This document shows, in pieces, positions 54,559 through 64,000 of a DNA stretch of 64,000 nucleotides; the first letter of the stretch is position 1; every line of letters starts with the position of its first letter. Below the pieces are notes generated by a model. That model was not told the DNA's origin, did not search any database, and saw only the letters and a program-made list of their open reading frames with translations. The DNA comes from Diplonema japonicum. Lineage: Eukaryota; Protista; Euglenozoa: Diplonemea. The DNA lies in the NCBI GenBank assembly GCA_964019335.1, contig OZ025700.1:434001-498000 (forward strand), given 5' to 3'. The position numbers were made by a program, and so were the translations under genes.

Positions 54559-56922
54559 CTATCTCGCAGGAGTGCGAAAGGGGGAAAAGGGAACTGTACT
54601 ATCTGCTCTGATAGGTTCAGGAGAGCCCAAGTGGCGTGGAGAAAGGCCCCTGTATTGTTTGGACGGTGTCACCTGTTTCAGTTTTGTCAGCAGCTTGTCA
54701 CCTACTACCTGCGGCCTGTTGGTGTCTGGGTAGTAATGGTACGAGGAAATCCCCAGATGAAGCTTCTCGTACTCTGTGAAGTAGTTAGCTACGATGTAGA
54801 CCGCCTTATCATCTAAAAGCTGCAAAGATTCTTGCACTGCACGAATAAGTACAGGTTCTTTGTCCTGTTGCTTGTTCTTCAGGCTATCTGTGAGCTGTTT
54901 CAGGTCCTGCTTGACCCTCTTTACCTGATCATTGAGAAACCAAATGGCAGTCACGAGCTCACCTCTACTACTGATCACAAACTGGAATATTGTATACTGG
55001 TCCTCAAGTGTTTTGTTGTTCATCCTCTCACCTTCTAAAGCTTCATGCAGCTGTGAGAGCTGTCCCTTCAATTTCATCACCATCTCCTCACTATCCATTC
55101 CGTACGACCTCTCGTAAGTGGCCCTGTTCATCAGCTCCTCACGTTCCCTTCGCAGTAGCTCCACTTCGTTTCGCGCTAGCACGGCAGCATCAGCCACCGA
55201 TCGCTTGTCTGCAGCTTCTGTTTCGATGACCTTGATAGCCGTCTCCAAGTCGCCTGTTACTTTGTTTGCCTTTGACTTCTGCGTGTCCCTTGAGGTTGTC
55301 AGCTCAGTTATCTCATTCGTCTTCACCAACAGTGTCTCTTTCAGATTCTTAACGTTTCCCTCAAGCATGGCCACTTGGTTTTCCAGCTTTGCAGTTGTCG
55401 CCTTATGTGTGGTCAGTGTTTTGTCCATCTCCTTCTTCTCCGAATCAATCTTTTTCAGCTGGACGTCCTTGCGCAGCACCTCATCCTTGCTGTCTGTGAG
55501 CTGTTTTGTGAATGATTGTACGGATTTCGTCTTGTCCGCGAGGCGCTGATCCAGCTGTTTCACCTTTGAGTTTAGTACCTCCACCTCTTTTACTCTTTTT
55601 TCACATTCTAGTTTCAAAGTTTTGAACTTCTTCTCATCTTCACTCAACGTTGTTTCCTTTCTTCTAATCTCCTGTTCGGCTTCGAGCAACTTGACTTCAA
55701 GAGCACCATTTTTTTCTAAAAGCGTCCTATTGGCTGCCTCTGCCTCCGCCAGTCTCGTCTTCATTGCTGATAGTTCCTTCTGAATGAGGCTCTTCTCGCC
55801 CGCTATGTCTTCTTTCTCCTTTCTGGCAGTCATGGTGCGTTCTTCTGCAATATTCGTTTTTTCTCTTGCCTCTTTCATCATAAATTCCACACGTGCAGCA
55901 TGTGCACTTGCTTCCTTGTTGTTATTCTCAGCCTCTACTACCTTTCTACCTAGATTGTCTGCATCCTGCAGTGCTCTACTAAGAACCTCTGGGGCTTCAT
56001 CCAGAAACCCGTTTAGCTCCAATAACACCGCGCACCTGTCTGCACTATAGCTCCATAATTTAGCCGTCGTCGACTGCACGCCCTGCAGCAGCCTGACGGG
56101 TGCTGCGTGTTGTGGGAGATGTGCCAACATCCCATGCATAGGGGGGGCAAATGCTTTTTCAGCTGCATTCCAGACAATGATGTCACCATTCGCACCCCCC
56201 GATAAGATGCATCCACTGGACCCTGTGAGTGACACAGAACTGTCACCGCTCCTCTCAGGAGCATAGTGTTGCGTCAATGTAGCGAGTGGTTCCAACTTGG
56301 CAGCACTGGCATCCAACACAGTGACCCTGCCATCACCCGCCCCCACCCACATTGTGTTCGCCTTCCATGACCACAGCAGTGACGACACGCGCGTCTTGTG
56401 CACTTTCTGTACTATCATTCCGTGCGGACAATCAACAGGAACACTCGCAACATGTCCTGCCTCGGTCCCTAGGTAGAGAACACCTGGCCTTGCGGCGAGG
56501 CACGTGACAGGCGACGCAGCAGAACACAAAGAAGAGATGTTGTTACCTATGAGATACACTTGACCGCTTTCACACCCAGCAAACAGATCGACGCCGTACT
56601 TGATGGCGCACGTCACGCTGTCGCTGGTTAAGGTTTGATTCAGGTCGTACTCACGCTTCAGTGCGAAGGTGGCTTTGCAGTAAAGACGCAGTCTGCCGTC
56701 AGTGCATGCGACGCACATGCAGTCATCCGACAGAACAAGTGAGTTCGCAAACACGCCACTACCCAGCTTCAGTGTGCAGACCGCCTTGCCTGTGTGTGGG
56801 TCCCGTACTGTAATAGTACTGCTCCTATCGCCGGCCCACAAGTGTGTTCCCGACGAACCTAAACATCTAAAGTCGTATTTGCCAAGTTTGCAGAGAGGCG
56901 TCACGTGGCAAGGATCATTCAT
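54559..56922 (-). CDS. WD40 repeat + long coiled-coil protein
   Basis: WD-like blades (HLWAGDRSSTITVRD, ILSGGANGDIIVWN) followed by ~350 aa of heptads. Acceptor CACAG shortly before ATG 56922. Confidence 0.82.
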   Translation of the reverse strand: MNDPCHVTPLCKLGKYDFRCLGSSGTHLWAGDRSSTITVRDPHTGKAVCTLKLGSGVFANSLVLSDDCMCVACTDGRLRLYCKATFALKREYDLNQTLTSDSVTCAIKYGVDLFAGCESGQVYLIGNNISSLCSAASPVTCLAARPGVLYLGTEAGHVASVPVDCPHGMIVQKVHKTRVSSLLWSWKANTMWVGAGDGRVTVLDASAAKLEPLATLTQHYAPERSGDSSVSLTGSSGCILSGGANGDIIVWNAAEKAFAPPMHGMLAHLPQHAAPVRLLQGVQSTTAKLWSYSADRCAVLLELNGFLDEAPEVLSRALQDADNLGRKVVEAENNNKEASAHAARVEFMMKEAREKTNIAEERTMTARKEKEDIAGEKSLIQKELSAMKTRLAEAEAANRTLLEKNGALEVKLLEAEQEIRRKETTLSEDEKKFKTLKLECEKRVKEVEVLNSKVKQLDQRLADKTKSVQSFTKQLTDSKDEVLRKDVQLKKIDSEKKEMDKTLTTHKATTAKLENQVAMLEGNVKNLKETLLVKTNEITELTTSRDTQKSKANKVTGDLETAIKVIETEAADKRSVADAAVLARNEVELLRREREELMNRATYERSYGMDSEEMVMKLKGQLSQLHEALEGERMNNKTLEDQYTIFQFVISSRGELVTAIWFLNDQVKRVKQDLKQLTDSLKNKQQDKEPVLIRAVQESLQLLDDKAVYIVANYFTEYEKLHLGISSYHYYPDTNRPQVVGDKLLTKLKQVTPSKQYRGLSPRHLGSPEPIRADSTVPFSPFRTPAR

Positions 56923-56973
56923 GGTGTCTGTGAAGGTGAATATGGATAAACGTGCAATATGGATAAAACGCAA

Positions 56974-57753
56974 CTATAAAACATTGCAGCAGTGCGATTT
57001 TGCACGCTCTCTCTCCTCCATGGTGTGTATATACCAGAAAGTGACTGCGGATTCAAATTCTTTAACATCTAGGAAGCCGTGCTGCTTTGTATCGGCAAAC
57101 CACATAACATGTTGCACCTCTTGGTCCGTAGGGTAAATGCCTGAGTTGAGGTCAGCCATCATCTCTCGCAGCTCCTCAGACCGTATGACACCCTCGTCTG
57201 CTTTGTCATATCGAGCGAAGGTTTCAAAAACGAGCTGCTTCTCTTTCGTATCCAGTTGGTTTGCTGCTGTCGAGAGACAGCGCTTTGTTGCTTTTACTGC
57301 CTGCATGCGACGCTCGGACACTTCAGAAGGAAACATGAGAATTGTGGTGCGAGTGTTAATATACCAGTGCTGCACACACCGGAAGAACATCGCGAGGTCT
57401 AGCGTCTTCCCTCCCGGAGCTAGGCTCTCAAAGTACTCCATCACCAGTTTCTCATCTTCCTTCTTCGGTGCGATGCCAGAGTTCACTTCGCACATCAAAG
57501 CAGAGACATGCGAAGTGTCGATGGCCTTGTCCTCCCCCTCCATCTGTTGAAAAACAGTTCTGAGGAATTCCTTTTCTTGTTCGCTTAAGGAACCCGATTT
57601 TTGCGTTTCCGTAGCGGCCTCCATTCTGCAAGCAGTTTAACAGAACTCAGCATACCTTCTCGCAGAAATTCCATTGCCAAAGGTTTCATCTTCAGCCTGA
57701 CATTTCCTCTCCGCAGTATGCGTCTGTGATTGTTCATGTTGCCGCTTTTCCAT
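56974..57753 (-). CDS. EF-hand (calmodulin/centrin-like) protein with C-terminal CaaX (CCNVL); probable 5' exon via intron 57626-57655
   Basis: EF loops DKADEGVIRSEE and DTKQHGFLDVKE. A 30-nt GTATG..GCAG intron joins MEKRQHEQ...ISARR in frame to MEAATETQK. The start could instead be 57624. Confidence 0.78.
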
Positions 57754-58032
57754 ACTTCTGTTCCGTTCATGTTTGCGCTGTTTATCTCCATGACATCTTT
57801 TGACAAAGCCTGTGATGCTATGGCGCCAAGCAACAGCAACAGTAAAAAATACGACTACAGTGTAGGCCTCAGGACGAGCTCCAACATACGGTCGAGTGTG
57901 TAGACAGCAAATAAAAAAAAGACACGAGTAGTGGTGCGATCGCAGCGAGTAATGTATAAAACATGCAGTGCATTGTGGTCTGCAATTACTTTCAAAAGTA
58001 ACTATTAAGCTACTCTCGCTGGAAGCTGTTTG

Positions 58033-58033
<1 letters not shown>

Positions 58034-58075
<42 letters not shown>

Positions 58076-58212
58076 CTTACGCCCTGGGGCTCACAACAGT
58101 TTCGTAATGCGGGGAAGTCGCCGAGGTAGCAAACATCACGGATGCGCCTCGCAGAGGCATCGGCCTCCACACGAGCCGTCGACCCCAGTTTATCACAGGT
58201 GCGTGATACCAT
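58034..58212 (-). pseudogene. Internally deleted SPRYY-microprotein pseudogene followed by a 40-nt A tract
   Basis: Retains TARVEADASARRIRDV and gccctggggctcac. It has deletions and a frameshift, with T40 at 58034-58073. Confidence 0.8.
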
Positions 58213-58469
58213 TTCACTCGTGTGGAGTTCCTAGTCTTTTAAAGTGACTGTTACATTCAACAAAAGAAGCTAGACAGCTTATGTGGATAGGGTTATGCTG
58301 CTAGGTTTAGAAGTGATGTTCACCAAGGTGTCCTCAGGAACGGCATCGTGCTTCACGGGTGCCGTCACAAGAGAGGTAGGCATGCTAGTTTGCAAAGAGC
58401 TTAGATAAGGCTATACAGCAGCATGGCGGCGCTAATGTTACAAGGCTAGACTGCAGCAGCAGTTATTAC

Positions 58470-59114
58470 TTACTCCAGAAAGGAGTACCACATGCCAAGA
58501 GGCAAGATGGTATGGTTAATAGTGTTTTTAGTAGTAACAAAGATAGAGGCGGATGGATCATTGGGAGATAGATGGTAGGTTAGTGTACAAACGGGCAAGG
58601 GCTGTTGTTTGAGCTGCTCAGCTGTTTGGAGGGAGAGCGGAGCGGGGGGCGGGGTGCTGATGTAGAACTGAGCGTCAACGGCGGCGTAGAAGGTGTCGTA
58701 GTCTTCGACTTCAATGTAGACATCGAACTCTATCATGTTGAGGAACAACCTCTCCAGCTCGTTGAACTGCTTGAGGTCGACGCCCCCCGCCTGTGCGTAG
58801 TAACTGTTTGCGTAGTAGAAGTCGCTCCTCGTCTTCACCGACACCACCAACGCGACCAGGAACATCCGGTGGAAGCTCGTCTTGCTCAGCCTGCACTCCG
58901 GGTACCTATACACCAACCTGTCCAACAGCATCACAGCCATCACCACGTCCTCCTCCTGCGTCGCACAGTACTTCAACAACCTCAACGTGTACTCCCTCAC
59001 CGTAATCGCCGCGTTCCCCTCAAACGGGTTCTGCACATTCCCCTCCACCCCCTCGCTGTACATCTCCATCATCGCCACCATGCCCTTCGCGAAGCGCGGA
59101 CACACAGCCATCAT
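58470..59114 (-). CDS. PHO80/U-type cyclin, copy 2 (different N- and C-termini)
   Basis: ~58606-59107 is nearly identical to ~32669-33170. Confidence 0.82.
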   Translation of the reverse strand: MMAVCPRFAKGMVAMMEMYSEGVEGNVQNPFEGNAAITVREYTLRLLKYCATQEEDVVMAVMLLDRLVYRYPECRLSKTSFHRMFLVALVVSVKTRSDFYYANSYYAQAGGVDLKQFNELERLFLNMIEFDVYIEVEDYDTFYAAVDAQFYISTPPPAPLSLQTAEQLKQQPLPVCTLTYHLSPNDPSASIFVTTKNTINHTILPLGMWYSFLE

Positions 59115-60210
59115 GAATGACCACCCAAGTGTAACCCGATCTAGAAATAGTAATGTGAATACTGTTTTCTGTCATTCAGTTAACTTCAATAAAACTACTA
59201 ACTTTTCTTTTCTTTTATTGTTTAGCACCCTTCAATCGAGGCAAGTAAGCTCCTTATCCTAAAAGGCCATTGTTTGTGAACTCCATTTATGTTTTTTTTC
59301 TTCTTCTTTCTTTCTTTTTTGTTTCCTTTCTTTTTTTAAGATTTCAATATCAAAGAGATTTTCTAACTGCAAACGAGAGCCATGTTTGCCAGTAGCAAAA
59401 TTGTTTTTTTTTTTTTTTTCCCTTTTCCTTTACCCTTTCCCTTTTTTTCGTTGTCTAAATAAAAAAAAATATAAAAAGAAACGACCGGAACAAAAACACC
59501 ACAAAAAAAAGAGAACGTTATTCTTTATTGTGCGAAATAGTTACAAATTTTACCTAATAAAGAAATAATTTGTAACATGTAACACTGCCTACATTCTTTT
59601 TCGATAGCCACAATATTTTGATCATCAAAAAAACAGGGGGGGGGGAGGGGGGGGGGGGGCGTTTTGTGGGGAGTTTTGTTGCAGTGACGAATGAGCGATT
59701 GAGTGAACGGACGGCCGAAGATGAACGCCAATCAGATGAATCAAAACAAGGACAAGGGCCCTGAAAAAACTCGCCAGTGTGTTTTATGCGTTGTCGGGGA
59801 AAGCACGTGCAAACCTTTGCTTCTGCGAACCAAGTAAAGTTTGCTTTGTCAGGTGTGCTTCAAGGAGTCCAAAATAGATCCACAAAAACCCCAGCCGACG
59901 AGCAGGAGAAAAAAAACACCAATAGGTATTTATTCACATGGCTCCCCTCAACTGGGAATAGAGCAACCATATGTACTATAACATGCTTCGAAGATGTTTA
60001 ATTTCTTTTCTTCTGATGGGCCGTCTCGCAACAGGCATTCCTGTGATGCCGCAGTACCACACAGCGTGTTGCCATTTCTTTGCATTTAGCTTTGTCAGGC
60101 ATAACTAAAAGAAACAGGCACGCACGTCTGATTTATGTCTAAACACGCAAAGCGTAACAGGGTTCCGTAACAGGGTTAGAGTGGTAGAAAGTGTTGTTAG
60201 AAGTTGACGC

Positions 60211-61959
60211 CTATTTAAAGACGAGGTCTTTTACCTCGGGGAGCATGCTGAGCCCATCCCAGGCGTCCTCCGTGTGGATAAGGGTGTCGACTGCGCTGAC
60301 GTTGCCATCGATGCTCTGTGCAAAGCGGATAATCTGCACGTCGTGAAGTGAGGACAGTTGGAGGGAGAAGAGGTTAAGAAGGGAAGCGCTGATGAACAGG
60401 TGGTAGACTTTGGTTGGTGCCGAAAACAACACATCCCAAATCAATAGCACTTCATTAAAAGAAAACTCGCGCTTGAAGAGAAGGAACACCCATCTGAACG
60501 CAAACATCGAGACTGGATCTTCTCTGTCCAAGTGCTCGGACAGAGTGGGGTTCACCGCAGCTACTATCTTCCGCAACAGTCCCCTCTCCTTCTCACCGTT
60601 GTCGTTGAAGGACTCCAGACACCTCCCCATCACCTTGCAGAAAGCGCTGAAGCCATCCACTTCATTCTCAAACACGTAGTAGCACACAGCAGCGATGTCG
60701 CTCATACCTTGCACATATCCAAGGTCTTTGTTGAACATGGCATATGCTATGAGTATGTTACGCATCGCCAGCATGCCCTCACCATTCTCGTCGCTGAACG
60801 TGCTCAGGTCCCTGTCCGTACGGTGTATGTCTTTGTCAATAGCAACTATCTGCCGTGTCACACACTCGCAGTGCACGAGTTGCTCTTCAGTAAGATCCGT
60901 GTACTGTTTATAATATCTGTCGTAACTTTGTTTCCTTGCTTCGTGGGTTGCCTCAGGTATGTTTAATGTGAGCCTCCACAGCATCGGGCGTGCTTCTGCG
61001 GTACACGATCCACGGAATGCTAAGTTCTTGATCGCGTCAATGTTTCCCTGCTCCAGAAACAAATTGAGCTTCTCTAAGCCTAAAGGCTCCAAGCGTTGTC
61101 TAGTAGGCGGGGGGATGCGCGGCTTGGCGACCGATGAGCGGCACGGACCATCTGCATGCACTTTTGGATTCTCAGTGCTGGTGCATGGTTTTTGGTTCTG
61201 CTCTTCCGCCGCTGTCTGTGCCATATGAGACAAAGACGAAACCCCCTTGGAAAGGAGACCCATGACCTCGGTCATCTTCTGCTTGATGTTGGTGACGCTC
61301 CCCCTATCATATAGCCAGTCTTTGTATTCAGAACTGGTTTTGCCCGACGGTGCTGCCACCCACAAGTTTCCCTCCTTCTGGTGCAAGGACTTGAGTTCAC
61401 AAAGTAACTTGCGGAAGTCCTTACAGCCACTTTCAAATGCCAAGGAAATACTCTTCACAGAGCGGTTGTCAAGCACATTCAAAATCATCACCTTCCCTTC
61501 TGTCTTCATGGAGTACACACTGTCCAGCAGTATTTTGATGCTGTACTTGGCTTCTGCGGCAAACGCTGATGGATCCTTCTCCGCCGCCTCGACTACAGTC
61601 TCGATGTCTTTCTTAGAAAGTAACTCCGGGTTTACCTTCATCATCGCAGAGTAAGGCAGCCAAAACAGAATGACCCTCCCACTGCAGTTTTCCTTAAGGA
61701 GTAGCAGTACACCGCTGATGTCTATCTTCCTGCCCCTTGGCTGTTTCACCTTATTAGTGTATATCACATCAAACCTGGAACCCATTTGCTCCTGTTGAAG
61801 CTCCATGAATATCTCCGCCGACACATCTCCTCCTTCTTTCCCCTCATCGTCTTCTTCCTCGCTTTCTAGAATCCATGTGTCCTCTCTGCTAGACATTGTG
61901 TCAACCCGCACTTTCATTCTCTTCTCAGTTTCATCTGCAAGACCAGTCTCCAGCGTCAT
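60211..61959 (-). CDS. TBC-domain Rab GAP (TBC1D15/Gyp7-like)
   Basis: IDKDIHRTDR, LGYVQGMSD and FAFRWVFLLFKREFSFNEVLLIWD. Likely start MTLETG at 61959. Confidence 0.9.
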   Translation of the reverse strand: MTLETGLADETEKRMKVRVDTMSSREDTWILESEEEDDEGKEGGDVSAEIFMELQQEQMGSRFDVIYTNKVKQPRGRKIDISGVLLLLKENCSGRVILFWLPYSAMMKVNPELLSKKDIETVVEAAEKDPSAFAAEAKYSIKILLDSVYSMKTEGKVMILNVLDNRSVKSISLAFESGCKDFRKLLCELKSLHQKEGNLWVAAPSGKTSSEYKDWLYDRGSVTNIKQKMTEVMGLLSKGVSSLSHMAQTAAEEQNQKPCTSTENPKVHADGPCRSSVAKPRIPPPTRQRLEPLGLEKLNLFLEQGNIDAIKNLAFRGSCTAEARPMLWRLTLNIPEATHEARKQSYDRYYKQYTDLTEEQLVHCECVTRQIVAIDKDIHRTDRDLSTFSDENGEGMLAMRNILIAYAMFNKDLGYVQGMSDIAAVCYYVFENEVDGFSAFCKVMGRCLESFNDNGEKERGLLRKIVAAVNPTLSEHLDREDPVSMFAFRWVFLLFKREFSFNEVLLIWDVLFSAPTKVYHLFISASLLNLFSLQLSSLHDVQIIRFAQSIDGNVSAVDTLIHTEDAWDGLSMLPEVKDLVFK

Positions 61960-62260
61960 ATGAGCACTCTTGTTATATATATGAGACAGCAGTGGTGACA
62001 ACGAAAGAAAAAGAAAAAAAGAGCGACTTGAGAGGAAGGGATAATGTGTGTATGGTAAATACTCGTGGGGGGCTACGAGGGGGGATACAAACAAAGATTA
62101 TACTTTTTGTTGGTTTTTGAAGAGAGGGGCGCCCATGCTTCAATAAAAAAGCTCTACCTCTGTGTTATAGGACCACAGAGGGAGGACGGCTCTCCTGTGC
62201 ACTGTGTGTGGGTGTTGTGTCTTGGTATTGCTAACTTGCTTTCTTCATGTCCCCTTGCCT

Positions 62261-62578
62261 TCAGTAGTAGTACGCCCTGGGGCTCACGACAGTGTCGTAG
62301 TAGCGCGGAGAGGCCAAGGCGTCGTAGTAACGAGGGGAGGTCGCCGAGGTGTAGTAAACATCACGGATGCGCCTCGCAGAAGCATCGGCCTCGGCACGAG
62401 CCGTCGCTGCAGCCACGCTGTATGAGGGGCTGTACGCGGAGCTGTAGTAAGGTGCATAGGCCAAGGAAGAAGTGTAGGGGACGGTGGCACGTGCAACAGC
62501 AAGGTCGGCCTCAGCACGAGCAACAGCAACATCAACAGAGGTCACCCTCGGGGACACAGGTGCGACGTAGTAGACCAT
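62261..62578 (-). CDS. SPRYY microprotein, dispersed copy Y5 (105 aa, same as Y3)
   Basis: 62025-62578 is apparently identical to 36668-37221 (offset 25357). Confidence 0.85.
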   Translation of the reverse strand: MVYYVAPVSPRVTSVDVAVARAEADLAVARATVPYTSSLAYAPYYSSAYSPSYSVAAATARAEADASARRIRDVYYTSATSPRYYDALASPRYYDTVVSPRAYYY

Positions 62579-63323
62579 TTTTTTTAAAGGTTTTTTTAAC
62601 TTGTGGAATAGAAAGCTGTGATGGGTGTGCTGAAACCGTGTCATTTAGCGAGGGGACGATGGTGGGAACCCCGGACGGACAAGGGAAGTCGGTGGAGGTC
62701 CAAAAGTTTTTTTTTTTTTAAAAAGGGGGACTTGAGAAAATAAATAAAAAGGGGGACTTGAGAATGTTTTTTTTTTTCTTCAAAAGACACACAAGATAAA
62801 CCTTAAGAGAAAATAAAAATATTCCAAAACAGACAATCAAGTTCCAACCTGGGAGGAAGGCATGGGTTTCTCTTTTTCTTTATGGGAGGGAGAGGGGAAG
62901 AAGAAGAGGCAACTCCAAATGATAAAAATTCAAAAATAAAAATTTCAAAAAAGTCTTAAAAATAAAAAGTTGTGACACAACAAGTCCACCGATGAAAAAT
63001 GAAACCCGAGAGGAAGGAGTGGGTCTCTTCTTTTCTTTTTTTTTTGGGAGGGGAAGGGAAGGAGAAGAAGAGGCAAATTCTAAAACATACTAGGGAGGAA
63101 TGAGTGGGGCAGGGGGGTAAAATTTAGGAGGGGGAAAGAGGGAGAAATCAAAAAAGGGGAAAGGGGCAGAGTGACCAATGTCCATGCGAAAAAGCATAGA
63201 GCGGGGGAAGAAGAAAATCAAAAACAGGAAAAACACATCACCACATAAGAAAAAAGAAAAAAAAAAAAAACGTCGACCGAGATGGTTCCACTCCAAAAAG
63301 AAAAAGAAAAAGAAAAACAGAAG

Positions 63324-63355
<32 letters not shown>

Positions 63356-63475
63356 AAAAACAAAAAGAAAAAAAAAAAAAAAAGGAAAAAAAAAAAATCT
63401 AAGTGGTTCTATCTAGCCTGGCCGTTGTAGCACCTGTTCCCTATTCTTTTATTTTTCCCTTTTTTTTTTTCTCAG

Positions 63476-63506
<31 letters not shown>

Positions 63507-63552
63507 ATCTTCCTATGGCGGGGGGGGACCAGCCCCCCACACCCCTGCTGGC

Positions 63553-64000
63553 CTATCTGGCCAGCGAGCCTTTGGACCTCTTCTTGTGGGGTATGGGCCC
63601 CACCCGCGCCCTCCCCGACTCGAGCTGCAGCCAAGCCACCGCACTGTTCACCGGGGCCCAGTTCTCCTTGTTGCGCACCTTGACCATGTCCCGCACCAGG
63701 TCGTCGCTCCCCAGCTCTTCCATCAACCTGTGCTCCGCCAAGAACTTGAACTGGGGCCCGGTCATCCCCTTGAGCTCACCCCTGCATATGTTGGCTTCGA
63801 CCACGGTGCCATCCGCCCCCGTACCCTTCAGATAGATGTAGCCACCCTCCACACAATCCGAGTCAGTACTGGCCGATCGGGCCCGGGCCCGCTTCTTGTC
63901 CTTCTTGCTCCACTTCAGCTCTTCCAGGGTGGGGAGGTCCGTGGCAACCACCTCAGGCCGCCTCTCCCTGTCTTCCTCCTTCTTCCGGGCCAACAGCCCA
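63553..64000 (-). CDS. Partial GC-rich hypothetical CDS (5' end outside window)
   Basis: Open minus-strand frame with high GC3. No family recognised. Confidence 0.5.
   Translation of the reverse strand, partial: GLLARKKEEDRERRPEVVATDLPTLEELKWSKKDKKRARARSASTDSDCVEGGYIYLKGTGADGTVVEANICRGELKGMTGPQFKFLAEHRLMEELGSDDLVRDMVKVRNKENWAPVNSAVAWLQLESGRARVGPIPHKKRSKGSLAR

Noticed and set aside
60154-60180. gtaacagggtt x2 / telomere-like agggttag
   Set aside because: Only two short units, not a telomeric array.

Overview
Eukaryotic nuclear DNA, most likely a euglenozoan and probably a diplonemid. The evidence is a BILBO1-type domain, a kinetoplastid-style NDUFA2, an IMPDH ending in -SKL, inactive calpain-like protein and cis-introns. 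All ~35 supportable protein genes lie on the minus strand in one unidirectional cluster, with very short spacers and tiny GT-AG introns (mostly 30-36 nt; 43-73 nt in homopolymer-rich zones). Housekeeping genes include TTLL9, CDC123, UBL5/Hub1, IMPDH, cytb5-acyl-CoA dehydrogenase, FKBP, DnaJ, NDUFA2, a TBC GAP, two PPR proteins and two PHO80-type cyclins. A 9-kb homopolymer-rich gene desert holds a non-autonomous piggyBac and a phased-repeat/hairpin element. The most novel-looking feature is a family of ~105-109 aa Tyr/Ala/Ser/Val-rich 'SPRYY' microproteins: 4 tandem copies, 1 dispersed copy and 1 pseudogene, with two interchangeable conserved 3' cassettes. The same motifs form the C-terminal tail of a neighbouring BILBO1-domain/EF-hand protein, suggesting an undescribed cytoskeletal or cortical polymer system. 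Exon structures were inferred by hand and no database searches were run.
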